Shown: one piece after another, positions 1 to 8,384 of the stretch
How positions within the stretch are numbered: the first letter of the stretch is position 1
Layout of the letters: each line of letters starts with the position of its first letter
Origin: Candidatus Scatosoma sp.
GTDB lineage: Bacteria; Bacillota; Clostridia; Christensenellales; Borkfalkiaceae
DNA length: 64,000 nucleotides
NCBI GenBank assembly: GCA_045594025.1
Contig: JAZNXS010000030.1
Coordinates: 3,230-67,229, forward strand
Direction: 5' to 3'
Notes under the pieces: model-generated
Seen by the model: only the letters and a program-made list of their open reading frames with translations
Told to the model about the DNA's origin: nothing
Database searches by the model: none
Position numbers and translations under genes: made by a program

Positions 1-303
1 GATATGCTTTGTCGTATGGCAGATTTCTTCGGCTGTTCTATCGATTATCTGCTTGGCAGAGAAACCGAACGTTATCCAAATACGTTTTATCCCTGCCCCA
101 CTTTTCAAGAACGTTTGCCTGCACTTTGCCAGCAACTCAAAATCACAAAATACCGTTTACAAAAAGAAACGGGGGTTGCCGAATCTGCAATTTACAGTTG
201 GCAAAACGGAGAAAGTTCACCAAATATTATAAATATTTTAAAAATTGCAGAAGCCTTTGAATGTTCTGTAGATTTTGTTATAGGTAGAAGTAAAAATTTA
301 TAA
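1..303 (+). CDS. XRE-family helix-turn-helix transcriptional regulator, 5'-truncated by the window edge
   Basis: The frame is open to nt 1. Two HTH_3-like segments are visible: the first ends ...FFGCSIDYLLGR, and the second is LKITKYRLQKETGVAESAIYSWQNGESSPNIINILKIAEAFECSVDFVIGR. Confidence 0.6.
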   Translation, partial: DMLCRMADFFGCSIDYLLGRETERYPNTFYPCPTFQERLPALCQQLKITKYRLQKETGVAESAIYSWQNGESSPNIINILKIAEAFECSVDFVIGRSKNL

Positions 304-310
304 AATATTA

Positions 311-352
311 ACCGCCTCGCTATGTGTAGCGAGGCGGTCTTATTTTTGTTTT
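311..352 (+). terminator. Rho-independent terminator between convergent genes
   Basis: 11-bp stem ACCGCCTCGCT / AGCGAGGCGGT with a 6-nt loop, followed by a T-rich tract. Confidence 0.7.
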
Positions 353-418
353 TGCCTATCGGCATATCAAACGCTTTGCGTTGATGGCGAAAAACTGCGT
401 TTCTCGACTTCCTATCGT

Positions 419-1615
419 TTACTTCGTTAAGCCGTATTCTTCCGCTAGCTTTTTGAAAAGCGGTAACGCTTTTTCGATGCGTTCCGTTTGTACGCAGTAA
501 GCAATACGTACCCAGCCCTTTGCGCCGAAGTCCGCGCCGTTTACCAACAACAGCTCGTATTTTTTCGCGCGCTCGCAGAACGCCGCCGCATCCGCTTCCG
601 CCGCCTTCATAAACAGATAGAACGCACCGTCGGGATAAATGCAGGTAAAACCGCATTCCGTCAAGCCGTTATACAACAAATCACGGTTGCGCTTGTAGAC
701 GCTTAAATCCGCCGTCATGCCATCGCATTCTGCCACTACTCTTTGGAATAACGCAGGCGCACATACATACCCGAGCTTTCGCCCTGCGCCGCATACCGCC
801 GCATATACCGCTTTCGCACCTGTCGCCTTGGGGTTTACCGCAATATAACCGATTCTTTCCCCCGGCATGGACAACGATTTCGAGTACGAATAACACACCA
901 CCGTATTGTCGTAGTACGCCATCGGGCAGGGTACTACCGTTTCCTTGTCGTATACCAGTTCTCTGTACGGCTCGTCCGAAATCAAATAGATAGGCGCACC
1001 GTATTCTGCCGATTTCTCTTGCAGTAAAACAGAGAGCTTTTGCATCGTTTCCACACCGTACACTACCCCCGAGGGATTGTTAGGAGAATTGATAATCACC
1101 CCTTTCACGTGGGAATTGAGCGCTTTTTCCAGCGCATTAAAATCGGGTAACATCGTTTTTTCGTCCGATTGCAGCACGGTGAGTTTTGCCCCTGCCCCTG
1201 CCACGAATACCGCATATTCGGGGAAATAGGGCGCAAATACGATATATTCGTCCCCTTCGCAGGTCAATGCGTGCAAGGTAATCGTTAAAGATGCTGCCGC
1301 ACCGCAGGTCATATACAAATCGTCGCCCGTCAACTGTACCCCAAAACGTTTCGTGTAATTTTTTGCAATCTTCTCCCTTACGTCCTGACCGCCCTGTGCA
1401 GAGGTATACCCGTGCAACGCCACCGACGGCGTTTCTTGCACGATACGAGAAATCGCTTCGTTTACCGCTTCGGGCGCGGGTACGGAGGGATTACCGATGG
1501 AAAAATCGAATACGTTCTCCTTGCCAATCTCTGCGCTGCGCGTTTTCGCATATTCGAAAATCTCGCGGATTGTCGAACGCTTACTACCTAATTGATACGC
1601 TTTTTCGTTGTACAT
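419..1615 (-). CDS. PLP-dependent aminotransferase, class I/II (aspartate/alanine aminotransferase-like)
   Basis: 398-aa ORF with the PLP-lysine context YSYSKSLSMPGERIGY, plus INSPNNPSGVV and DEPYRELVY motifs. The substrate cannot be assigned. Confidence 0.85.
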   Translation of the reverse strand: MYNEKAYQLGSKRSTIREIFEYAKTRSAEIGKENVFDFSIGNPSVPAPEAVNEAISRIVQETPSVALHGYTSAQGGQDVREKIAKNYTKRFGVQLTGDDLYMTCGAAASLTITLHALTCEGDEYIVFAPYFPEYAVFVAGAGAKLTVLQSDEKTMLPDFNALEKALNSHVKGVIINSPNNPSGVVYGVETMQKLSVLLQEKSAEYGAPIYLISDEPYRELVYDKETVVPCPMAYYDNTVVCYSYSKSLSMPGERIGYIAVNPKATGAKAVYAAVCGAGRKLGYVCAPALFQRVVAECDGMTADLSVYKRNRDLLYNGLTECGFTCIYPDGAFYLFMKAAEADAAAFCERAKKYELLLVNGADFGAKGWVRIAYCVQTERIEKALPLFKKLAEEYGLTK

Positions 1616-1704
1616 ACTGCCCCTTTCCTTATTATTATATACGCGTGTGTATACGCGTACGCGTAAGCCTCCCTTTTCTTTCGAGGGAGGCTATCGTTTT
1701 TTGC

Positions 1705-3306
1705 TTAATATAAATTGAAGAACGCCTTACTGCCTGCAAGCAGCTTTTCATCCAACACCCATTCGCCGTTTTTCTGCACGAGCCCGAAGGAGCATTCCTT
1801 CGCCGCGTCATACAAATCGTTACCGTCGTAGCCAACGATTTTATCGGACATGGTTTCCAAAATCCGCTTTGCGTCAGGCGTAAACCGAGAGGTCGTTATG
1901 AATATTCCACGGCAGTTTTGCTTGCCGTCTCTGGCTTGTCTGCAAGCACACGCGCCGATGAATTGCTGTAACAGCGTTTCCCCAACTACCCACAGCTTTT
2001 CGTCCCCCTTTTCAGGGTTCCAGTTTTTCGACTGTATGTAGATGGTCTCTCTAAAACCAAGCTTATCCGTCAGCTCGATTTCTCCGTCGATACCGCCGTC
2101 ATGGTCGCCGCCGTTGATTTTCATCCCCTCCAACCGTCTGCCGTTTTTTAATGAATATCTTTCCAGTAAATACACGGAATAATACTCGAAATAGTCTCCG
2201 CCAAGCGAACGAATGCGCTTTAAAAACGTTTCCTTTAAACGCTCGTCCTTGGTCAAAGGCTTTTCCGCCTGCTTTTTCGCCACACGCAGGGGCGTGGGCG
2301 CTTTTAACGTCTTTTTAGACGCTTCCGCTTTCGCCGTTTGCGCAGGTTTTTCCTCCGCTTTCATGGGCGCTTGCTTAGGCTTTTCTTCCGTTTTTACCGC
2401 TTTGATCGGCGCGGTGGGCACAACGGGAGTAGAATTTTTTACTTCCACTTTCGTTTCCGTCGGTTTTTGTTCCGCTTTTTCTGTCTTTTCCGCAGACTTT
2501 GCAGGGGTTTGTGCCGATTTTGCAGGGGTTTGCGCCGACTTTGCGCCGAATAAGAAGCTCATGTCCATGACGACGCTCTTTTTCGCCACTTCTGCCTTTT
2601 CCTTGATGATCAGCTCCCCTTTGGGTTCTTCTTTTTGGACTTCCTCTTTCTTTTGCGGCTCTTCCACAGATTTTTCCGTGGGAGCTTCCACTAACTGTGA
2701 CGGCGTTTCTTTTTCTGTAACAACTTCCTTTGCCTTGGGTTTTCTGCCACGCTTTTTGGGCGCAGGTTTTTCCTCATCCTGCGGAATAGGTTCGGGCGCC
2801 GATTCGGGGGTAACGGGCGCTACGGGCGCAATCGGTTGTATGGGCGCAGGGGGAAGAGGTTCTGCCTTTTCTTTTTTCGCCGCCGTTTTCTTCGTCTTTT
2901 TGACGGGTTTTTCTTCCGTATCCTCTGCTTTTACTACAGGTTCTTCCGTCTTTTTCTTGGATTTCGTTGTTTTCTTTGCAGGTTTTTCTTCCGCTGCTTC
3001 GGGCATAACGGGCAATGCGCGCGCTTTCAATGCGTACATACCGTCCTCGTAAGCAACGTCGCCCTCTTTTTTCATAATATCGAGGACAGAACCTACCCTT
3101 CCTTTCACGTCGTTGACGTTATCTGTTTCCTCACCGCCGAAACGTTCGGTGTACAACTTGGAAACCCCTTCTAAAAGCTCGTTGTGTTTATGCGGTTTTA
3201 CCGCCAAAAGTTCTCTAATCAGGTTTTTGGTCGCATCCTTTTTCTCTGCGCGAGTAACGACCGCCGTTTCCTTAACGGCTTCTTTCTTTTTTGTTGTTCT
3301 TGCCAT
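1705..3306 (-). CDS. Mrr-type restriction endonuclease-domain protein with a long K/E/P/A/T-rich low-complexity linker
   Basis: The C-terminal segment GGDHDGGIDGEIELTDKLGFRETIYIQSKNW fits the Mrr_cat D...(E/Q)xK core. A short folded N-terminal region is followed by roughly 330 aa of charged low complexity. Confidence 0.7.
   Translation of the reverse strand: MARTTKKKEAVKETAVVTRAEKKDATKNLIRELLAVKPHKHNELLEGVSKLYTERFGGEETDNVNDVKGRVGSVLDIMKKEGDVAYEDGMYALKARALPVMPEAAEEKPAKKTTKSKKKTEEPVVKAEDTEEKPVKKTKKTAAKKEKAEPLPPAPIQPIAPVAPVTPESAPEPIPQDEEKPAPKKRGRKPKAKEVVTEKETPSQLVEAPTEKSVEEPQKKEEVQKEEPKGELIIKEKAEVAKKSVVMDMSFLFGAKSAQTPAKSAQTPAKSAEKTEKAEQKPTETKVEVKNSTPVVPTAPIKAVKTEEKPKQAPMKAEEKPAQTAKAEASKKTLKAPTPLRVAKKQAEKPLTKDERLKETFLKRIRSLGGDYFEYYSVYLLERYSLKNGRRLEGMKINGGDHDGGIDGEIELTDKLGFRETIYIQSKNWNPEKGDEKLWVVGETLLQQFIGACACRQARDGKQNCRGIFITTSRFTPDAKRILETMSDKIVGYDGNDLYDAAKECSFGLVQKNGEWVLDEKLLAGSKAFFNLY
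2494..2546 (-). repeat. In-frame 21-nt tandem repeat (2.5 copies) inside the Mrr-like gene
   Basis: gactttgcaggggtttgtgcc / gattttgcaggggtttgcgcc / gactttgcgcc. It encodes AKSAQTP-AKSAQTP-AKSAE. Confidence 0.75.
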
Positions 3307-3323
3307 TTTAAAAATCCTTTAAC

Positions 3324-4046
3324 TTAGTCGAATAACCGAATCAATTCCCCTAAATTTTCGAATTTGGATTCGGTCTTTTCGGAAAGATACGCTTTCACGA
3401 GGCGCAGAGCGCGTTTCTTGCCCCCGTCCAAAGCGGATTCCGAATAGGTTAAACCCGCGCATTTGCGCAAGGTATGATAGGTGGAGAGACTTGCTCGCTC
3501 TCCGTTGACGCACCGATCGAAGGTAGTAAATCTCCCGTCTGCGAAATCAAACCAAAGCCGTTCGCCGATACCCCCGTCGCATTCCTCTAAAAAACCGAGG
3601 TCGATGGGATAGCCGCTTTCCCGAAGGGCAATCAGCGCAAAACCAAGCACAGCCTCAGCGGGATCGTCTTCGGATAACGCAAGGGATTTTAAACATTCGA
3701 TAAGCCCGATAAACAGGCTTTCATAGCTTTCGTTTTCATAGAGAATTGCAAGGCAGATCTCCGCCGCCGCGCAAGCCGCATAAAAACGTACGATGTCGTA
3801 GCGAAGGGAGAAAAAACTTTCGTGCAAGTACGCGCTTGTCACCGTGTACCTGCCCCCCTTCTCCGCGAGAACGTATTCTGCAAAACAGAAAGGCTGCGCC
3901 GAAAACGCCAGCTTTGCTTTCGGTTTCTTTACACCGCGTGCGCCTGCAGTGATCCTACCCAAAGTCGGGGAAAAAAGCGTAAGCAATTTATCGTTATCTT
4001 TATAGTCGATTGATTGTAAAACGATTGCTTCCGTTTTGATCTCCAT
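3324..4046 (-). CDS. recO: DNA repair protein RecO
   Basis: 240-aa ORF with a typical RecO N-terminal OB-fold sequence (MEIKTEAIVLQSIDYKDNDKLLTLFSP...GRITAGARGVKKPKAKL). It lies downstream of era, as in Bacillus. Confidence 0.9.
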   Translation of the reverse strand: MEIKTEAIVLQSIDYKDNDKLLTLFSPTLGRITAGARGVKKPKAKLAFSAQPFCFAEYVLAEKGGRYTVTSAYLHESFFSLRYDIVRFYAACAAAEICLAILYENESYESLFIGLIECLKSLALSEDDPAEAVLGFALIALRESGYPIDLGFLEECDGGIGERLWFDFADGRFTTFDRCVNGERASLSTYHTLRKCAGLTYSESALDGGKKRALRLVKAYLSEKTESKFENLGELIRLFD

Positions 4047-4062
4047 ATCTTTTGTTCCTGTT

Positions 4063-4176
4063 TTACTTTTTTCTCATTAAATCGTAGTACAGCATATAAT
4101 AGCTGATACTACCCGTTTTTTCGAAGAGCTCCCACGCCATTTTAGCGGCGCCGTTTTCTTCCTTTTTGTCGTGCAT
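4063..4176 (-). CDS. yqzL: YqzL-like small protein (37 aa), not in the supplied ORF track
   Basis: Hand translation gives MHDKKEENGAAKMAWELFEKTGSISYYMLYYDLMRKK. An SD GGGAGGG lies just upstream. The W..F..TG.I..Y pattern and the position between era and recO match YqzL of Bacilli. Confidence 0.55.
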   Translation of the reverse strand: MHDKKEENGAAKMAWELFEKTGSISYYMLYYDLMRKK

Positions 4177-4227
4177 AGTTTCGCCCTCCCAACATCAGTT
4201 TGAGACGAGCGAGAGGAAAGTATGCAG

Positions 4228-4400
4228 GGGAATTACCTAACGTATCCTACGGATGTTAATTACGCCTAACAGCGCGTGAATTGGCTAACGCCGTGAATTG
4301 TCCTACGGACGTGAATTGCAACGCAAAGCGTTGCGTTGTGGAAATATTACAATAACGACGGCAAAGCCGTCAATTCACTGAGCGACAGCGAAAATTCACG
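4228..4400 (+). repeat. Hairpin-ladder repeat, GTGAATTG family, copy A
   Basis: GTGAATTG at 4276, 4293 and 4311, with degenerate GGGAATTA at 4228 and GTTAATTA at 4255. These are separated by mini-hairpins (GGCtaacGCC, GTCCtacGGAC, GCAACGCaaaGCGTTGC, GACGGCaaaGCCGTC). Inverted units follow: CAATTCAC at 4371 and AATTCAC at 4393. The core aligns with the reverse complement of 38042-38152. Confidence 0.7.
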
Positions 4401-4452
4401 AAAGCTTTGGTTAACCGAGCCGCGACGAAGTATTGCGCTGCAAATATACGTT

Positions 4453-5340
4453 TTACTCCACGTCGTCGTATCCGTATTCGCGTAAAAGCCCCGGCTTATC
4501 ACGCCAATCCTCTTTCACCTTAACGTAGGTAGTGAGGAAAACCTTTGCGCCCAAGAATTTCTCCATGTCCTGACGGGCAAAGGAAGAAACCTCCTTAATC
4601 GCCTTGCCCTGCTTGCCGATCAAAATGGCTTTGTGGTTGGCTCTCTCGCAAACAATATCGAGATTCACCTCGTACACGCCGTTATCCTGCAAACGGAAGG
4701 TGTTGATGACAATGGCGATCCCATGGGGAATTTCTTTGTCAAATTTTAAAAGAATTTTTTCACGCATGATTTCGGAAATCATAAAGCGTTCGCTCTTATC
4801 CGATACAATATCTTCCGTGAATACTTTCTCCCCCTCGGGCATCTGTTTTGCAAGGAACTCTTTCAGCTGGCGCACGTTCTTCCCCTTACGCGCTGAAACA
4901 GGGAAAACGTCTAAATCGAGCTCCGCATCCGAGAATTTCGCCATATCTAAAGGAATGTTTTCCTTAGGCATAATATCGATCTTCGTATACGCAACCGCCA
5001 TGGGCACGCCGAGCGCTTTGTACTTTCTAATCAGCTCAAAATCCTCGTCCTTTACCCCTTCGTGTCCATCCAAAACAAACAGGATATAATCCACCGCTTT
5101 CGCGCTGGAGTCCGTCGTGCGCATCATCATATCCGTCAAGGCGTTTCTCGCCTTATAGATCCCCGGCGTATCCACGAAAACAATTTGATAATCATCCTCC
5201 GTCAATACCCCCAAAATCCGATCCCTCGTCGTCTGCGGTTTGGGAGAAACAATCGACACCTTCTCCCCTACCATGACGTTAATGAGCGTACTTTTTCCTG
5301 CATTTGCTCTGCCGATAACCGCTACGTATCCGCTTCTCAT
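4453..5340 (-). CDS. era: GTPase Era
   Basis: G1 GRANAGKST, G3 DTPG, G4 TKID, and a C-terminal KH domain. Confidence 0.95.
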   Translation of the reverse strand: MRSGYVAVIGRANAGKSTLINVMVGEKVSIVSPKPQTTRDRILGVLTEDDYQIVFVDTPGIYKARNALTDMMMRTTDSSAKAVDYILFVLDGHEGVKDEDFELIRKYKALGVPMAVAYTKIDIMPKENIPLDMAKFSDAELDLDVFPVSARKGKNVRQLKEFLAKQMPEGEKVFTEDIVSDKSERFMISEIMREKILLKFDKEIPHGIAIVINTFRLQDNGVYEVNLDIVCERANHKAILIGKQGKAIKEVSSFARQDMEKFLGAKVFLTTYVKVKEDWRDKPGLLREYGYDDVE

Positions 5341-5364
5341 AATTTTGTTCTTACTCCTAACTAT

Positions 5365-5847
5365 TTACTCCCTCGTAATACCGAGTTTTGCCAAAATAAA
5401 TTCTTCCTTTTCACGCATTTCCGCCTTTTCTTCGTCCGTCATGTGGTCGTATCCAAGGCAGTGCATGATGCCGTGTACAATCAAGTAGTGCAGCTCCCGA
5501 TTGTACGAATGTCCGTATTCCTCCGCTTGCTCTTTCGCGCGGTCGCAACAAATCGCAATCGAACCGATCACAAGCCGTCCTTCTTCATCCATCTCGAATG
5601 GATAGTCCTCCCCGTAAATCGGCTCGCCTTTGATGCCGTCGAGCGTAGGAAAACTGAGCACGTCCGTCACCTTGTCTATGGAACGCAACTCGCGATTCAG
5701 CCTTTGAATTTCTTCCCCGTCCACAAAAACGAGCTCCACCGCCAAGCAAACGTCCGTTTCCACAAAACCCTGCATGGCATTTTCCAAAGCCGTTACGTTT
5801 TCTAAGGACAGCGATTCATCATCGCAAAGAATTACAAATTCCCTCAT
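5365..5847 (-). CDS. ybeY: rRNA maturation endoribonuclease YbeY
   Basis: Zinc motif HGIMHCLGYDH. 160 aa. 4-nt overlap with the upstream gene. Confidence 0.9.
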   Translation of the reverse strand: MREFVILCDDESLSLENVTALENAMQGFVETDVCLAVELVFVDGEEIQRLNRELRSIDKVTDVLSFPTLDGIKGEPIYGEDYPFEMDEEGRLVIGSIAICCDRAKEQAEEYGHSYNRELHYLIVHGIMHCLGYDHMTDEEKAEMREKEEFILAKLGITRE

Positions 5848-7349
5848 GCGTTTTCACCTTTCGTGCCGTGTTCCGTACGCTTATACTTGATACTGGGATA
5901 TTTCACTCTGTGATGATATACCCCCGTCAGCGTATTGACAAGCGCTTGTCTGATCTTCGTTAAGTCTACCATCGTGATGTCACACTCGGAGAACTGTTCC
6001 AAATCCATTCTTTCTTCGATAACCGCACGGATCGCTCTTTCCGCTTCTTCTGGCTTTCTCGCGTCTACTGCGCGCACCGCCGCCTCCGAGGCGTCCGCAA
6101 TCATGATGATTGCCGCCAGCTTGGTTTGCGGCTTCGGGCCAAGATAGGAGAAGTCCTCGATGTTCAATTCCCCGTCCGTCATCTTCAAGGCTTTCGCGTA
6201 GAAATAACGGATGGGCATCGTACCGTGATGCTGTACCGCAATTTCCGCCAAGAAATCGGGCAAGTGATTTGCTTTAATCAACGTGTAACCGTCCTTTGCG
6301 TGGGAACGGATAATATCTGCGGAAAGTTCCGGCGTCAACTCATCGTGCAGGTTGTAATCCCCTTGGTTTTCGGTGAAGTGTTCGGGATAATGCAATTTCC
6401 CTACGTCGTGATACAACGCCGCCGCACGCGCGTAATCTACGTCCTCGCCGATTGCCGCCGCGCTCGCCTCCGCAAGCTGCGCCACCATCATCGAGTGGTT
6501 GTACGTACCGGGCGCTTCCTCTTTGAGTTTCTTCAAAATCTTTGCGTCCGAGCTAGTCAGTTCGCGTAATCTATACACCGTCAAACAGTTAAACATGACC
6601 TCGAAAAGAGGCAGTATCGATAAGAAAAATACCGTGGACATCACGCCGCCGAATAAGCCGTAGCCCATGTGGAGAACAATCTGTTCAAACGCGGAAAGTC
6701 CGCCGCCTGCAGGCGCTTCTACAAACCTCGAAGTTTCCAAAAGGAAAATAATGATATCGACGGGGATAACAATCGCAATACCCACCGCTACGACGTGGAA
6801 ACGGGTTTTTGCTTTACTGCAGAAGAAAATCGCAAACATACCGGCAGAGAACGAAATCAGCAAGGAGGAATAGTACGCTCTATCCACCGAATAGCCACCC
6901 GTAAACGTATCCAAAACGAATATAAGCAGCGCGCTGATAATGTTCATGAAAATTGCCGAACGGCGGCTGACCAACACACACATCATAAGCGCCATAAATG
7001 CTACCGGACGGGCGTAAATATCTAAATATTTGCCGATTAACATGGAAATAAGCAAAGAAAAATCCAACACCGTAAAAAGGAGGGCTATGTTTCTCGCATT
7101 CGCCAACATCGACTTATCTTCAAAATAATAGTACAGGTAGGTGATCAGCACCAAAAGGAATATACAGAACAGCGCGTATAAATAGCTGGCGCCGTCCTTT
7201 TCCATATGCGTCGACAAATTTCCCAACTTATCCCCCAGCACCAACAGGGCGCTGATCAATACCAGTAATACGAAATGCAGGAAAAACAACAGAATACTTT
7301 TGAAAATATCCTGCTTTGTCCATTCTCTGTTGAGTCCGTTTATAACCAT
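5844..7349 (-). CDS. pgpH: 7TM-HD (HDIG) membrane phosphohydrolase, PgpH/YqfF-like
   Basis: Multiple N-terminal TM helices followed by HD-domain motifs (HSMMVAQLA, LYHDVGK, QHHGT). It sits in the conserved position between phoH and ybeY. Confidence 0.8.
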   Translation of the reverse strand: MVINGLNREWTKQDIFKSILLFFLHFVLLVLISALLVLGDKLGNLSTHMEKDGASYLYALFCIFLLVLITYLYYYFEDKSMLANARNIALLFTVLDFSLLISMLIGKYLDIYARPVAFMALMMCVLVSRRSAIFMNIISALLIFVLDTFTGGYSVDRAYYSSLLISFSAGMFAIFFCSKAKTRFHVVAVGIAIVIPVDIIIFLLETSRFVEAPAGGGLSAFEQIVLHMGYGLFGGVMSTVFFLSILPLFEVMFNCLTVYRLRELTSSDAKILKKLKEEAPGTYNHSMMVAQLAEASAAAIGEDVDYARAAALYHDVGKLHYPEHFTENQGDYNLHDELTPELSADIIRSHAKDGYTLIKANHLPDFLAEIAVQHHGTMPIRYFYAKALKMTDGELNIEDFSYLGPKPQTKLAAIIMIADASEAAVRAVDARKPEEAERAIRAVIEERMDLEQFSECDITMVDLTKIRQALVNTLTGVYHHRVKYPSIKYKRTEHGTKGENA

Positions 7350-7355
7350 CTTTCG

Positions 7356-8375
7356 TTACTCTCCTTCCGTGCTTTGCACACGGGCTTTCGCCTTCTTTTC
7401 TAAACGTTGCCTTTCCGCTTTTTCCGCGTCCTTCTCGTACGCACGTATAATTCGCATGACAAGCGGATGCCTTACAACGTCCTTTGCAGACAGCCGAACC
7501 ACCGATACACCCTCCACGCCGTCGAGTACTCCCGTTGCGTGAACAAGACCGCTGTCCTTGCCGTCTAAGTCGATCTGGGTAATATCCCCCGTTACAACCG
7601 TTTTACTTCCCTCACCCATACGGGTAAGGAACATTTTCATCTGTTCTTTTGTCGTGTTTTGCGCTTCGTCTAAAATAATAAACGCATTCGACAACGTGCG
7701 CCCGCGCATGTATGCGAGGGGGGCGACCTCTATCGCGCCTCTTTCCATTAGTTTTGCATACGTTTCTAACCCTAACAATTCTTGCAAAGCGTCGTACAAC
7801 GGACGAAGATAGGGATCCACCTTTTCATGCAGGTCGCCGGGTAGAAACCCAAGCTTTTCCCCTGCTTCCACCGCAGGTCTTGTCAAAATAATCTTCTCCA
7901 CCTGCTTACTCTTAAACGCAGAAACCGCCATACATACCGCTAAGTAGGTTTTCCCCGTACCCGCAGGCCCTACACCGAACACTACCGTATTTTTGCGGAT
8001 CGCTTCCACATAGGTTTTTTGCCCCACCGTTTTACACTTGATCTGCTTTCCTCGCGCCGTAATCGCTACCGTACCGCTTTCAATCAAGGCGATTTCATCC
8101 GCCCTGCCCTCTTTGGCAAGCTCGATACAGTACGCCACGCGCGCCTCGTCGATACGTTCGCCGTTTTTTACCGTCTGAATCAACGCATGAAGCACCGATT
8201 CTCCGCAAGCAACGTTCTCCTCTGCGCCCTCTAAACGGATTTTCATACCGTCTACGTACGCCAAAAGATCAAGCTCCCTCGAAAGATAAGTGAGGTTTTC
8301 ATCGTACGTACCCAGCACGCAGGACAGCTCGTCCAAGGATTTTAATTCAATTGTCTTTTTGATGGTAATGGACAT
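7356..8375 (-). CDS. phoH: PhoH-family ATPase
   Basis: Walker A GPAGTGKTYLA, Walker B IILDEAQN, and PhoH-like length and context. Confidence 0.9.
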   Translation of the reverse strand: MSITIKKTIELKSLDELSCVLGTYDENLTYLSRELDLLAYVDGMKIRLEGAEENVACGESVLHALIQTVKNGERIDEARVAYCIELAKEGRADEIALIESGTVAITARGKQIKCKTVGQKTYVEAIRKNTVVFGVGPAGTGKTYLAVCMAVSAFKSKQVEKIILTRPAVEAGEKLGFLPGDLHEKVDPYLRPLYDALQELLGLETYAKLMERGAIEVAPLAYMRGRTLSNAFIILDEAQNTTKEQMKMFLTRMGEGSKTVVTGDITQIDLDGKDSGLVHATGVLDGVEGVSVVRLSAKDVVRHPLVMRIIRAYEKDAEKAERQRLEKKAKARVQSTEGE

Positions 8376-8384
8376 GGACGCCTC

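Noticed and set aside
2213-3052. 279-aa and other plus-strand ORFs rich in F/S/G/A
   Set aside because: They are the mirror image of the K/E/P/A low-complexity linker of the Mrr-like gene on the minus strand, which makes long open antisense frames an artefact.
4228-4400. Possibility that the unit-plus-spacer arrays (also at 38020-38215 and 55553-55736) are CRISPR arrays
   Set aside because: The repeat units are only 8-11 nt and the spacers 9-19 nt. The units switch orientation halfway through each array, and there are no cas genes in the window.
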